Below are positions 23,537 to 32,092 of a stretch of DNA of 64,000 bases, piece by piece. The stretch lies in assembly GCA_900321255.1 (NCBI GenBank), contig ONVK01000002.1:7856-71855 (forward strand), written 5' to 3'. Source of the DNA: an uncultured Lentisphaerota bacterium (lineage in GTDB: Bacteria; Verrucomicrobiota; Kiritimatiellia; RFP12; UBA1067). Numbering within the stretch: the stretch's first letter is position 1; the number at the start of each line of letters is the position of its first letter. Under the pieces are notes generated by a model that was given only the letters and a program-made list of their open reading frames with translations, was not told where the DNA came from and ran no database searches. The position numbers and the translations under genes were made by a program.

Positions 23537-24919
23537 TCACGACTTGTGCTTAAGCCTCTGGCTGACCGCAAGCATGCGCTCGCCGAGATCCTCGAAGCCG
23601 ACGTCTGCGGCGTACACGTCCTTGTAGTACTGGTAGGCCCTCTCGAGGTCGCCCGAATCCTCGGCGCAGCGTCCAAGCTGGTAGACGATCTTCTTCTTGA
23701 GGTCGTCCATCGTCGGTATCGCGTCGCGCGCGGTCTCGAGCTGCATGACGGCCATGTCCGTCTGCCCCTTCTTGAGGAAGCACATGGCGAGGTAGTAGAG
23801 CGCCCACAGGCGGTCCTTGGGGCTCTTCTGGGCAAGCTGAAGGTGCTCCAGCGCCTCGTCGTAGTATTCGTAGGTGTAGTACTGGAGACCAAGCTCGTAG
23901 CGCAGATGCAGGTCGTTCGGATACCTCTCGACGCGCTGCGCGAGATCGTCGAACACGAACTGGTTCTTCTGGTTCTCCATCTCGATGGCGTTCTCCTCGT
24001 CGCCTGCGGCGCGGTACGCCTCTATCTGCTGGTCGTAGTAGCTGACATACGTCTGCGAGAGCATGCGGTCGAGCTCGGGATCCATCGACCCCGCCGCCTC
24101 AATCGCGTCGGTAAGGCACTGTATCGCCTCCTCGAAGCGCTTGTTCTGGACGTAGATTCGCGCAAGGGCGCGGCGGAAGTTCATGTTCTTCGGCTCGCGC
24201 GCAATCTGATCGAGCTTCTCCTTGATGAGCGCATCCGCATCATCGCCCGTGATGACGGCCTTGTTGGCCTGGTCAAGCTTCTTGGCCTGCTCCTTGTTGG
24301 CGATAAGGGCCTGGAAACCGCCCTTCTTGCCGGCGGTCTGCTCCCAGCCCGCGTTCATCGTCGCCTGCGCCTCGGTGTTCTTGAGAAGCTGGAGCACGCG
24401 CTGGTCGCCGGGCTTCAGCTCGGAGAGCTTCTGGTAGGCGTCGCGCGCCTTGTCGTAGCGCTTGGCCATCGTGTAGTAGGTGGCGACGCGTTCGAGAAGC
24501 GCCGGATCGCGGTTGGAGCACTCGTACGCGGCCTCTACGGTTATCGCCGCGTGGTCGGCCTTGCCCGCCGCCTCGGCGGCCTTCACCGCGGCCTCGATGT
24601 TGTCGGGGTCAAGGGGATTCTGGCAAAGGAGCTTCTCGGCCTCGGCCATCGCCTCGACGCCGCGCCCCTTCTTCACAAGCCCCATGATCTTCATCTGCGC
24701 CATCTTGTAGCCGAGCTTCGCGCCGAAGCCCGCCTTGCCGTTCTTGCGGAAGTTCGCGATCTGCGCGGCCCTGAGGAGCCGACGCGTCTCGAGGACGTCT
24801 GGCGCCGCGGAAACGGCCTCCATCAGCATGTCGACCGCGAGCTCGTAACGCCCGGTCTCAAGGGCCTGCCTGCCCCTGTTCGTGAAGTTCTGCGCCTTTT
24901 GCGCAAGATCCACCGCCAT
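23537..24919 (-). CDS. TPR-repeat protein
   Basis: Start trimmed to ATG 24919 (GGAGG upstream; overlaps the upstream stop, TGATG). 460 aa of TPR-like helical repeats (YELAVDMLMEAV, YDKARDAYQKLSEL, FEEAIQCLTDAIEA, YDEALEHLQLAQ, LERAYQYYKDVY). Confidence 0.7.
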   Translation of the reverse strand: MAVDLAQKAQNFTNRGRQALETGRYELAVDMLMEAVSAAPDVLETRRLLRAAQIANFRKNGKAGFGAKLGYKMAQMKIMGLVKKGRGVEAMAEAEKLLCQNPLDPDNIEAAVKAAEAAGKADHAAITVEAAYECSNRDPALLERVATYYTMAKRYDKARDAYQKLSELKPGDQRVLQLLKNTEAQATMNAGWEQTAGKKGGFQALIANKEQAKKLDQANKAVITGDDADALIKEKLDQIAREPKNMNFRRALARIYVQNKRFEEAIQCLTDAIEAAGSMDPELDRMLSQTYVSYYDQQIEAYRAAGDEENAIEMENQKNQFVFDDLAQRVERYPNDLHLRYELGLQYYTYEYYDEALEHLQLAQKSPKDRLWALYYLAMCFLKKGQTDMAVMQLETARDAIPTMDDLKKKIVYQLGRCAEDSGDLERAYQYYKDVYAADVGFEDLGERMLAVSQRLKHKS

Positions 24920-25227
24920 CACGAAACCTCCAGTCTTGTGTCGCAGGGGCTGCTGAACACTCCCCCGGCCTTGTAAGTCTCGAGCATGAAGTGCGTCGCG
25001 GTGGACAGCACGCCGTCTATCGTCGAAAGATCGGCTGCGACGAACTGCGCGACGTCCTGAAGGCTGTCGCCCTTTACGAACACGAGAAGGTCGTAGCCTC
25101 CCGACATCAGGAAGCACGCCTCTACCTGCTCGAAGCGCGAAACGCGCTCTGCGATCTTGCCGAAGCCGCAGTCTCTCTGAGGGGTGATCCTCAGCTCGAT
25201 GACGGCATGGACCCCATCGTTCTTCAT
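24919..25227 (-). CDS. Stand-alone Lrp/AsnC-type ligand-binding (RAM) domain protein
   Basis: Start trimmed to ATG 25227 (GGAGGG SD; ATGA overlap with the upstream gene). 102 aa with the pattern VHAVIELRI....VEACFLMSGGYDLLVFVKGDSLQDVAQFV...IDGVLSTATHFML. No HTH domain. Confidence 0.55.
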   Translation of the reverse strand: MKNDGVHAVIELRITPQRDCGFGKIAERVSRFEQVEACFLMSGGYDLLVFVKGDSLQDVAQFVAADLSTIDGVLSTATHFMLETYKAGGVFSSPCDTRLEVS

Positions 25228-25757
25228 TTCGTACCCTCCTTGCCCTTTGCGTCGTCCCAGCGGCACGACACAACATCGTCGACGATCTGCCTCGCGAGAT
25301 CTTCGGCCGCACGCCCGGAGGCGTCGCGCCTTGCGGTGGCTATGTCGGTGTCGGAAAAGTAAGTCGTATCGGCGACGTAGCGGCGGTTGTTCACGACGAC
25401 CTTTCCGCTGCGCCTGTCGACGACGGAGACATCGGCGACGACGGTGAGCCTCTGCTCGAACGCGCGCATCGACATCTCGCGCTTGAAGTATATGAGCCCG
25501 GCCGAGGCGACCTTTACGACGCCCTGCACCTCGACGGCGGCATCGTCGGACGACGCTATCTTGAACGTGCCCTCGCGCTGGAACTCGCGCAGCACCTGGC
25601 GCGTCGTGACGGCGCCGAACTCGACGAGATCAGACTCGTTGCGGAACGTCGGGACGCTCACGGTGCGCATGTCGGCCGGAACCGAAGACGTCCATCTGTA
25701 GCTGGCGCATCCGGCCAGCGCGAAAGCCGCGAGTACCGCCGGGAGAATCTTACTCAT
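25224..25757 (-). CDS. LptE-like outer-membrane lipoprotein
   Basis: MSKILPAVLAAFALAGC lipobox. Size of about 177 aa and pattern (YRW..SVP...RTVSVPTFRNES...) resemble LptE/RlpB. ATGA overlap with the BamD-like gene. Confidence 0.45.
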   Translation of the reverse strand: MSKILPAVLAAFALAGCASYRWTSSVPADMRTVSVPTFRNESDLVEFGAVTTRQVLREFQREGTFKIASSDDAAVEVQGVVKVASAGLIYFKREMSMRAFEQRLTVVADVSVVDRRSGKVVVNNRRYVADTTYFSDTDIATARRDASGRAAEDLARQIVDDVVSCRWDDAKGKEGTK

Positions 25758-26791
25758 TTGCCTTCCTCCTGCTGAAGCTCCAACAGACGACGGCGCACTT
25801 CCGGAGCCCTGTCGGAAGCCGGGTATTCGTCGAGAAAGCGCTGGTATGCGCTCTTGGCGCTGCGCTTCGTGCGCGTGCGCGAGTCGTAGAATTTCGCGGC
25901 GTTGTACGCCTCCTCCTCGAGAAGCGCCTTCGCCTCGTCGCGGAACGCGGCGACCTCGTCCATCTCGCCAGGGGCGAGCTTGCCGGAACCGAGCGCAAAC
26001 GTGAGGAAGCCGATCATGTCCTGCACGCGTTCGCGGTTGTATTCGCAGCGGCGCAGGACGATCATGCGCGCCTTCGCCTCGCGGTACAGGGAGATGGCGG
26101 CCTCCTGCGTGTCGGGATACATGCTGCGGAGGTTTTCGTAGACTGTCGCCGCCGTCTCCGGCTTGTCCTCGTCCTCGCGAAGCGACGCGATCGTGAGCAT
26201 CGCCTTCGGGGCGAACGCGGCGCCGGGCGCGCGAAGCACCACGGCCTCGTACGCGCGGCGAACGTCAACGGTATTGTCGAACCTGAAGAAGAGAACGGTC
26301 TTCCCCTCGTCGCGCATGAGCTCCGCCGTCCTGTACATCTGCTCGACTATCTGGTCGTAGTCGCACTGCGCGGAGTAGAAGTCGAGGAGATAGCGGTATT
26401 CCGCGAATGCCGCCTCGGAATCGAGGAGCTTGCCGAGGCATATGTCAGCGACGGCCTTCTGCGCCTTCGCCGCCTCGGGCGAGGTCGGCCATTCGCGCAC
26501 GAGCGCGTCGTAGGCCTTCCGCGCAGCCTTCCACGACTCCTCGGACTCGAGAGAGGCCGCGTACTCGAGCTGCTCTGCGGCAGTGTCCTTCTCGGGCCCG
26601 TTCAGCCAGCCGAACCACCGCGGCTCCTTGCGAGCCAGCTTCAGCAGCTCGTCCTCGCTGTCGAAGCCGGGATAGGCGTCGGTAGCGTAGCGTATCCCCG
26701 GCCCGGGGCTCACGCCGGGCGGCACTGCCGCTGTCACGAGCGGCAATGCGACTGCCGCCACGGCAAAGACTATGGCTCTTCCAAGATTCAT
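25754..26791 (-). CDS. BamD/YfiO-like TPR outer-membrane assembly protein
   Basis: Start trimmed to ATG 26791 (signal MNLGRAIVFAVAAVALPLVTAAV). Helical-repeat protein with BamD-like segments (AEAAKAQKAVADICLGK, EAAFAEYRYLLDFY, AKSAYQRFLDEYPASDRAPE). The start lies 7 nt after a TATAAT. Confidence 0.4.
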   Translation of the reverse strand: MNLGRAIVFAVAAVALPLVTAAVPPGVSPGPGIRYATDAYPGFDSEDELLKLARKEPRWFGWLNGPEKDTAAEQLEYAASLESEESWKAARKAYDALVREWPTSPEAAKAQKAVADICLGKLLDSEAAFAEYRYLLDFYSAQCDYDQIVEQMYRTAELMRDEGKTVLFFRFDNTVDVRRAYEAVVLRAPGAAFAPKAMLTIASLREDEDKPETAATVYENLRSMYPDTQEAAISLYREAKARMIVLRRCEYNRERVQDMIGFLTFALGSGKLAPGEMDEVAAFRDEAKALLEEEAYNAAKFYDSRTRTKRSAKSAYQRFLDEYPASDRAPEVRRRLLELQQEEGK

Positions 26792-26798
26792 GAATGAT

Positions 26799-26810
26799 AT
26801 TATACCAAAA
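26799..26810 (-). promoter_or_regulatory. Extended -10 promoter (TTTTGGTATAAT) of the BamD-like operon; leaderless
   Basis: ATG 26791 lies 7 nt downstream of the hexamer. Confidence 0.55.
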
Positions 26811-26845
26811 TCACCGCGCGAAATCACCCATCATCAGGCACACCG

Positions 26846-29800
26846 TCAGCAGAACATCGTCCGCAGCTTGTCGCTCGTCACCGGCTTCGCGATAACCTTC
26901 GCGAACCCGGACATGTCGTATGTGGATGCAACGTCGATATCCGCGGTGATCGCCATGACCGGGATGTCTGCAAGAGACGGGTCTTTCTTCATCGCGGCGG
27001 CGAGCTGCTGCCCGTCCATCTCCGGCATCCAGATGTCCGTGAGCACGACGTCCGGCTTCCAGTCCTTCATCGCCTCGAGCGCGGCTATTCCGTTCTCCGC
27101 GAAGCGGACGTCCTTCGCCTCGAGGTTGCGCAGGTGGATGCCGAGCACCTTGCGGTTGATAGCCATATCGTCCACGACGAGGATTTTCCCGGGGATCCCC
27201 CTCGCGACCTCGGCTCGCTTCGGCGGGGCCGCGCGGACGACTTCGAGCGACGGTATCCTGATGACGAAGGTTGTGCCCTTCCCGACCTCGCTCTCGACGT
27301 CGACGGTTCCGCCCGCGTTGTCGACCATCCGCTTCACGATGGGGAGCCCGAGACCCGTCCCGCGCATCTCCCCCTCGGCGTGCTTCATCCGGCTCGAGAT
27401 GTCCTGGACGAACGGATCGAACAAGTGCGCCATCTTCTCGTTCGAGATGCCGCACCCCGTGTCGCGCACGGTAAGCGAGAGCGTGTGGGACTCCGAGTCC
27501 CAGCCGTACTCGACGTCTATCTCGCCGCTCTCGGTGAACTTCGCCGCATTGCCGACGAGGTTGATGAGTATCTGCTTGAGGCCCTGGTGGGAGAGCTTCA
27601 GCACGGGCACGGACACGGGCGACGTGCGGTGCACGTGGAAAGGAACCCCGCGGCGGCGGACGTTGTAGCTGAATATCGCCGGCAGTTCCTCTACTGCCTG
27701 CTCGACGTCGCATTCGCCGGACAGCATGTGCATCGCGCCCGAGTCGAGCTTGGACAGGTCCAGGACGTCGTTTATGAGGTCGAGGAGCGCGTTCGCGCTG
27801 AGCTGGATCCCGTTGATGTACTCCTTCTGGCGCTTTGCGTCGCAGTCGGCCCGCGCGAGGAACTCGGCGAAGCCGATGACGGCGTTGAGGGGAGTGCGCA
27901 GCTCGTGGGACATCATCGCGAGGAACCGCGTCTTGGCCCTGGAGTACTCCTCGGCCACCTTCGCCGCCTCGTTCGAGCGCTTTACCTGGCGCAGGAGCAG
28001 AAGTATCATCACGAACGCGAACGCCACGATGGCGGACAGCACGATGAAACCGACAATCACAAGGGCACGCTCGAACTCGGCGTCAGTCATGCCGAACACC
28101 CGTCTCTTTACCGTGCGCTCGGCGACGGCCTTGATGAACATCTCCTGGATATCCATCGGCTCGATGCACGAAACGGCCTTGCGCAGTATTCCGACGAGTT
28201 CGTCTGGAACGTCACGGCTCGCCCAGAGCTCGAGTTCGTCGTTGCTTCTGTCTGAACCGATCATCTGCGCGTAGGACTTCGGAACCGGGAGGGAAAAGAC
28301 CGACACCCCCCCTGCCGCAGCCATGTCGATGTGCTCGGGATATGGAATCCAGAGCTTCGTGTCGCCTCTGAGGAACTTCGCCTCGGCCGTCTGGATGCCC
28401 GTCTGCGGATGCGTGTCGAAGTTGAGGCCCGTCCGCTGCGAGAGCTCTTCAAGGAACTCCTTCGCGAAGTGGACGATTTTCCCGTCGGGACCCCTGAGGT
28501 TCACGGGCCACGGCGAAAAGTCGATCATGACGGGAGACGGGTCCTTCCTGCGCCCCTTGAGCCACTCCGCCTCCTTGAAGGTGAGGACCGACATCTCGCT
28601 CCTGATGCCGTAGTGCCGCTCCGTTATCATCCGCATGTACTTCGGGAAGTCGTCGCAGACGCTGTCGAGCGCATGCTCGAGACCGAGGAAGAGATCACGC
28701 CGCGCCGGCGAGACGCAGATGTACATCGGATGAGACGCGTAGATGTGAAGCGCGCGCTCGTTGTCGAGCGCGGGCATCTCGATGTCGACGCATGCATCCA
28801 CCTCTCCGGAGAAATAGGCCCTCGTGAGCGCGTCGTCGGTCGGATACTCTACGCACGTTATGTCGTTGGGGTTCTCCTCGAGCTGGCGGCGGACGCGCTG
28901 GGCGCTGAGCGCGCCCGACAGCATGCCAACGCGCATCCCGCGCCATGTCGACTGGTCGCCGGCCTTGAATCGGCTGCCGCGCTTCGCCCAGAGGTAGACG
29001 CGGAGCATTCCGATCGGCGTGTGCGGATACAGGAACTTCTCGCTGCGCGCAGGCGAGAAGCCGAGCCCGCCGACCAGGTCGAGCTTCCCGTCCGCGACGT
29101 CCGCGAGGCACTCCTCGTACGTCCCGTAGACGTAGTCGAAAGACCAGTGCGTGCGGGACGAGATCGCGTTGAGCCAATCCTCGACGATTCCGGACCTGTC
29201 GCCGTGCGGCGAGAGGTCAAAAAGGTGCCCGCGCTTGTAGGCCGCGACGCGCACACGGTTCTCCGGCTTTGGAACGCCGAGCAGCCGCTCGCGCAGTTCG
29301 TCGTACCTGTCGATGTTGTCGACATAGCATTCACGATACGCCTTCTGGAGGCGCATGAAGAGCTCGCGGCGATCCTTCCGCACCGCGAAGTACACGTTGC
29401 GCGAACCGATGGGGACGATCTCGACGAGCCCCTCCGGGCGCTTTCCCTCGGGCGTGTAGAGGAAGAGGAGATCTATCGTCCCCACTTCAAGCGCCCTGAC
29501 TGCCTCTGCGCTCGTCTGGAACTCGACATAGTCCGGGGAGAGGGTCGCGTGCGTGAAGTACCGCTCGCAGTCCTTGTCGCGCCCCTGCGAAACGGGGGAG
29601 TACCCGACGCGCATGCTCGGCCAGTCGGTGATCTTCACCTTCAACATCCTGCCGGCTCGCTCCGGCGTCGCATAGAGGGCGAAGTGCATCCTTCCGATAG
29701 GCTGCAGCGGGAAGTCGTAGTGCTTGTCCAGGTCGGGGGTCCTGAAGACGCTTCTGATTATCTCGGCCCGGTCCATGTCGAAGAGCAGATTGTCGCCGAA

Positions 29801-31048
29801 AGGCACGTCCTGCGCCTCAACGCCCGCCTTCCTGAAGACGTCGTTCATCACCTCGCGCGCGAAGCGCACGTCCGCGGAAGCCCAGACGTCCTTTTCGGGA
29901 TCGCGTTCGCAGTCCGCGACGCACACGGTCTCCGCGGACGCCTTGAACGCGGCGAACGCCACTGCAACGAGGACGGCGGCGGCCGCCGCCGCCTTGACGA
30001 TCGACTTCACGATCCTGCGGCGTCTGCGGCGCGCGAGAAACTCCTGCATGTCTGGATCCTGGGTCTCGAGCGTTATGTCGGACATCGTGTTCATCCCCGC
30101 ACCCCTCGAGGCACCCGATGCGGCGAGCAGCTCGGCGATGCCCGGCGCGGAACGCTCCTCCTCGGCGGCATAGAAGCCCGCTGTGCGCGCCGTATCCGGG
30201 CGGAAGCCGGCGGCGCCGAGCGCCGCGATGAGCTCCGCGGGGCCGGGATAGCGGTCCTCTGGCCTCTTGGCGCACATCTTCGCTATGATCTGCGCGAGCG
30301 CCGACGAAACACCTGGCGCGTATTCCCGCACATCAGGAATGGGAGCGCTGTCGAGAAGCTGCCGCAGAATGTCGGCCATGGACTTCCCGCTGTAGGGGCG
30401 ACGCCCGGCAAGAAGCTCGAAAAGAATGACGCCGAGGGAGTAGATGTCCGCCCGCATGTCCACCGTGCTGGAGTCGATGGCCTGCTCGGGGGCTATGTAG
30501 TTTGGCGTCCCGAACACCGACGCCGCCATTGTACGCAGAGAGTCCACGTTGCTCGAGACCTTGGCGACGCCGAGGTCGAGGAGCCTCACCGTGCCGTCCG
30601 GAGTGATCATGATGTTCTCCGGCTTCAGATCACGGTGCACAAGCCCGAAGCGCTGCGACATCTCGAGCACGCCTGCGATCTGGAGGATTATCCCAGCCGA
30701 CTCTCCCTCCGGCCGCGGACCGCCGATCCCGAGCGCCATGCGGAGCGTATCGCCCTTGACATAGTCCATCACGAGGTAGTAGACGTCGCGGCTCTCGTCA
30801 TACCCGACGTCGTGAACGGCGACGAGGTTGGGGTGGCGGATCTTCGAGGCGAGCTTGGCCTCGCGGACGAAGCGCTTTACGTACTCCGGCTTGGCCTTGG
30901 CGACGCCGCGGTCAAGCACCTTGACTGCATAGAGGGTGTCGAGCATCCCGTGGCGCGCGAGCCAGACCGACCCGAGCCCGCCTTCCCCCAGAAGACGCTC
31001 TATCGTGTAGCCGAGGAAAGTGTCGCCGGGCCTGAAGACGTGAGTCAT
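26846..31048 (-). CDS. Chimeric sensor: Hanks-type Ser/Thr kinase, TM, two periplasmic solute-binding (Venus-flytrap-like) modules, TM, HisKA/HATPase_c histidine kinase, receiver
   Basis: Start at ATG 31048 (ATGA overlap with the upstream kinase). STK motifs: GEGGLGSVW, YAVKVL, HRDLKPENI, DLGVAK, GTPNYIAPE (aa 14-280). TM at aa 346-369 and 995-1019. H-box MSHELRTPLNAVIGF (His codon 27905-27907). NLVGNAAKF, GTGLGLPIV. Receiver ILVVDDMAINRKV...VLTDIWMPEMDG (Asp codon 27035-27037) ...KP. Confidence 0.85.
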   Translation of the reverse strand: MTHVFRPGDTFLGYTIERLLGEGGLGSVWLARHGMLDTLYAVKVLDRGVAKAKPEYVKRFVREAKLASKIRHPNLVAVHDVGYDESRDVYYLVMDYVKGDTLRMALGIGGPRPEGESAGIILQIAGVLEMSQRFGLVHRDLKPENIMITPDGTVRLLDLGVAKVSSNVDSLRTMAASVFGTPNYIAPEQAIDSSTVDMRADIYSLGVILFELLAGRRPYSGKSMADILRQLLDSAPIPDVREYAPGVSSALAQIIAKMCAKRPEDRYPGPAELIAALGAAGFRPDTARTAGFYAAEEERSAPGIAELLAASGASRGAGMNTMSDITLETQDPDMQEFLARRRRRRIVKSIVKAAAAAAVLVAVAFAAFKASAETVCVADCERDPEKDVWASADVRFAREVMNDVFRKAGVEAQDVPFGDNLLFDMDRAEIIRSVFRTPDLDKHYDFPLQPIGRMHFALYATPERAGRMLKVKITDWPSMRVGYSPVSQGRDKDCERYFTHATLSPDYVEFQTSAEAVRALEVGTIDLLFLYTPEGKRPEGLVEIVPIGSRNVYFAVRKDRRELFMRLQKAYRECYVDNIDRYDELRERLLGVPKPENRVRVAAYKRGHLFDLSPHGDRSGIVEDWLNAISSRTHWSFDYVYGTYEECLADVADGKLDLVGGLGFSPARSEKFLYPHTPIGMLRVYLWAKRGSRFKAGDQSTWRGMRVGMLSGALSAQRVRRQLEENPNDITCVEYPTDDALTRAYFSGEVDACVDIEMPALDNERALHIYASHPMYICVSPARRDLFLGLEHALDSVCDDFPKYMRMITERHYGIRSEMSVLTFKEAEWLKGRRKDPSPVMIDFSPWPVNLRGPDGKIVHFAKEFLEELSQRTGLNFDTHPQTGIQTAEAKFLRGDTKLWIPYPEHIDMAAAGGVSVFSLPVPKSYAQMIGSDRSNDELELWASRDVPDELVGILRKAVSCIEPMDIQEMFIKAVAERTVKRRVFGMTDAEFERALVIVGFIVLSAIVAFAFVMILLLLRQVKRSNEAAKVAEEYSRAKTRFLAMMSHELRTPLNAVIGFAEFLARADCDAKRQKEYINGIQLSANALLDLINDVLDLSKLDSGAMHMLSGECDVEQAVEELPAIFSYNVRRRGVPFHVHRTSPVSVPVLKLSHQGLKQILINLVGNAAKFTESGEIDVEYGWDSESHTLSLTVRDTGCGISNEKMAHLFDPFVQDISSRMKHAEGEMRGTGLGLPIVKRMVDNAGGTVDVESEVGKGTTFVIRIPSLEVVRAAPPKRAEVARGIPGKILVVDDMAINRKVLGIHLRNLEAKDVRFAENGIAALEAMKDWKPDVVLTDIWMPEMDGQQLAAAMKKDPSLADIPVMAITADIDVASTYDMSGFAKVIAKPVTSDKLRTMFC

Positions 31049-32022
31049 GTGGACGCCTTTCCGGAAAGGCCGAACCTGTGCCACCATCTGCGCTTCTGCA
31101 CGTCACCGCCAGGACCGCCGGAGTGCATCTCTTCTTCCGTCATCAGCAGACTGTCGGAGTCCGCCCGCACGAGAAGGTCGGCCGCGGCGCCGGAGGTCTT
31201 CGGCCTGTCCTCCGGCTTCGGAGCGCACATGAGCGAAAGGACGTATGCGACAGCGGCGGAGACCTCGGGGCGCATCGTCCTGACGTCAGGCAGCGGCTCG
31301 CCGCGTATCGCCTTCGCGAGCATGCCCATCACGGTGCTGCCGTCGTTGGGGCGCTTGTTCGTGAGCATCTCGTAGAGGACCACGCCGAGGGAGTAGATGT
31401 CCGCGCGCGCGTCGATGCTGTGCGAGTCCATCATCTGCTCCGGCGCCATGTATGCCGGAGTGCCGACGATCATCCCGGCCCTCGTCACCATCGTCACCGT
31501 CGCGTCGTCCTCGAACTTCGCGACGCCAAGATCCGCGAGCTTCGGCGTGCCGTCCGCGGCGAAGAGAATGTTGTCTGGCTTGATGTCGCGGTGAATCACG
31601 CCGCGCCTGTGCGCGGCCTCCAGCGCGAACGCGATGTGCGAGGCGATCGACACCGCCTCGTTTATCGGAAGTGGCCCGCGCTTCGAGAGAAGGTCCGAGA
31701 GGCTGCCGCCCGGCATGTAGTCCATGAGAAGATAGCATATGCCGGTCTCGTGGTTCTCGCCCGCGTCATGGACGGCGATGAGGTTCTTGTGCGTTATGCT
31801 CATCGCGAACTCGGCCTCGCGGATAAACCGCGCGCGGTAGCCGGTGTCGCGGGAGATCACGTCAGGATCGACGATCTTGAGGGCGAACTCCGCACCGTCC
31901 GGAGCGTTCACAAGATACACGGAACCCATGGCGCCCCGCCCGATGAGACGCCGCACCACGCAGTCGCCAAACCTGTCGCCAGGCTGGAGCTGCACAAGAC
32001 TCTCCTTTGATTCGATGGCCAT
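31045..32022 (-). CDS. Ser/Thr protein kinase (Hanks-type), cytoplasmic, stand-alone
   Basis: 325 aa. GRGAMGSVY, FALKIV, HRDIKPDNILF, DLGVAKF, GTPAYMAPE, followed by a short Pro/Gly tail. No TM segment. Confidence 0.85.
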   Translation of the reverse strand: MAIESKESLVQLQPGDRFGDCVVRRLIGRGAMGSVYLVNAPDGAEFALKIVDPDVISRDTGYRARFIREAEFAMSITHKNLIAVHDAGENHETGICYLLMDYMPGGSLSDLLSKRGPLPINEAVSIASHIAFALEAAHRRGVIHRDIKPDNILFAADGTPKLADLGVAKFEDDATVTMVTRAGMIVGTPAYMAPEQMMDSHSIDARADIYSLGVVLYEMLTNKRPNDGSTVMGMLAKAIRGEPLPDVRTMRPEVSAAVAYVLSLMCAPKPEDRPKTSGAAADLLVRADSDSLLMTEEEMHSGGPGGDVQKRRWWHRFGLSGKAST

Positions 32023-32045
32023 TCGTGTGGTTTGAATCTTCTTGA

Positions 32046-32074
32046 ATTATATCATAACAATCCGCACAGGACAA
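32046..32074 (-). promoter_or_regulatory. Promoter TTGTCC-17-TGATATAAT of the kinase pair
   Basis: -10 at 32051-32046, -35 at 32074-32069. About 17-nt SD-less leader to ATG 32022. Confidence 0.5.
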
Positions 32075-32092
32075 GACCGCCCTATTCGCGCC

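Noticed and set aside
23400-23600. tRNA-Glu as the attachment site of an integrated element
   Set aside because: No integrase, no duplicated tRNA 3' segment and no compositional island are present. Both flanks are conserved housekeeping-type genes.
28331-31375. 1014-aa plus-strand ORF opposite the kinase genes
   Set aside because: Shadow ORF antisense to the Ser/Thr kinase and histidine kinase genes. It has no recognisable motifs and an Arg/Glu/Leu/His-rich composition.
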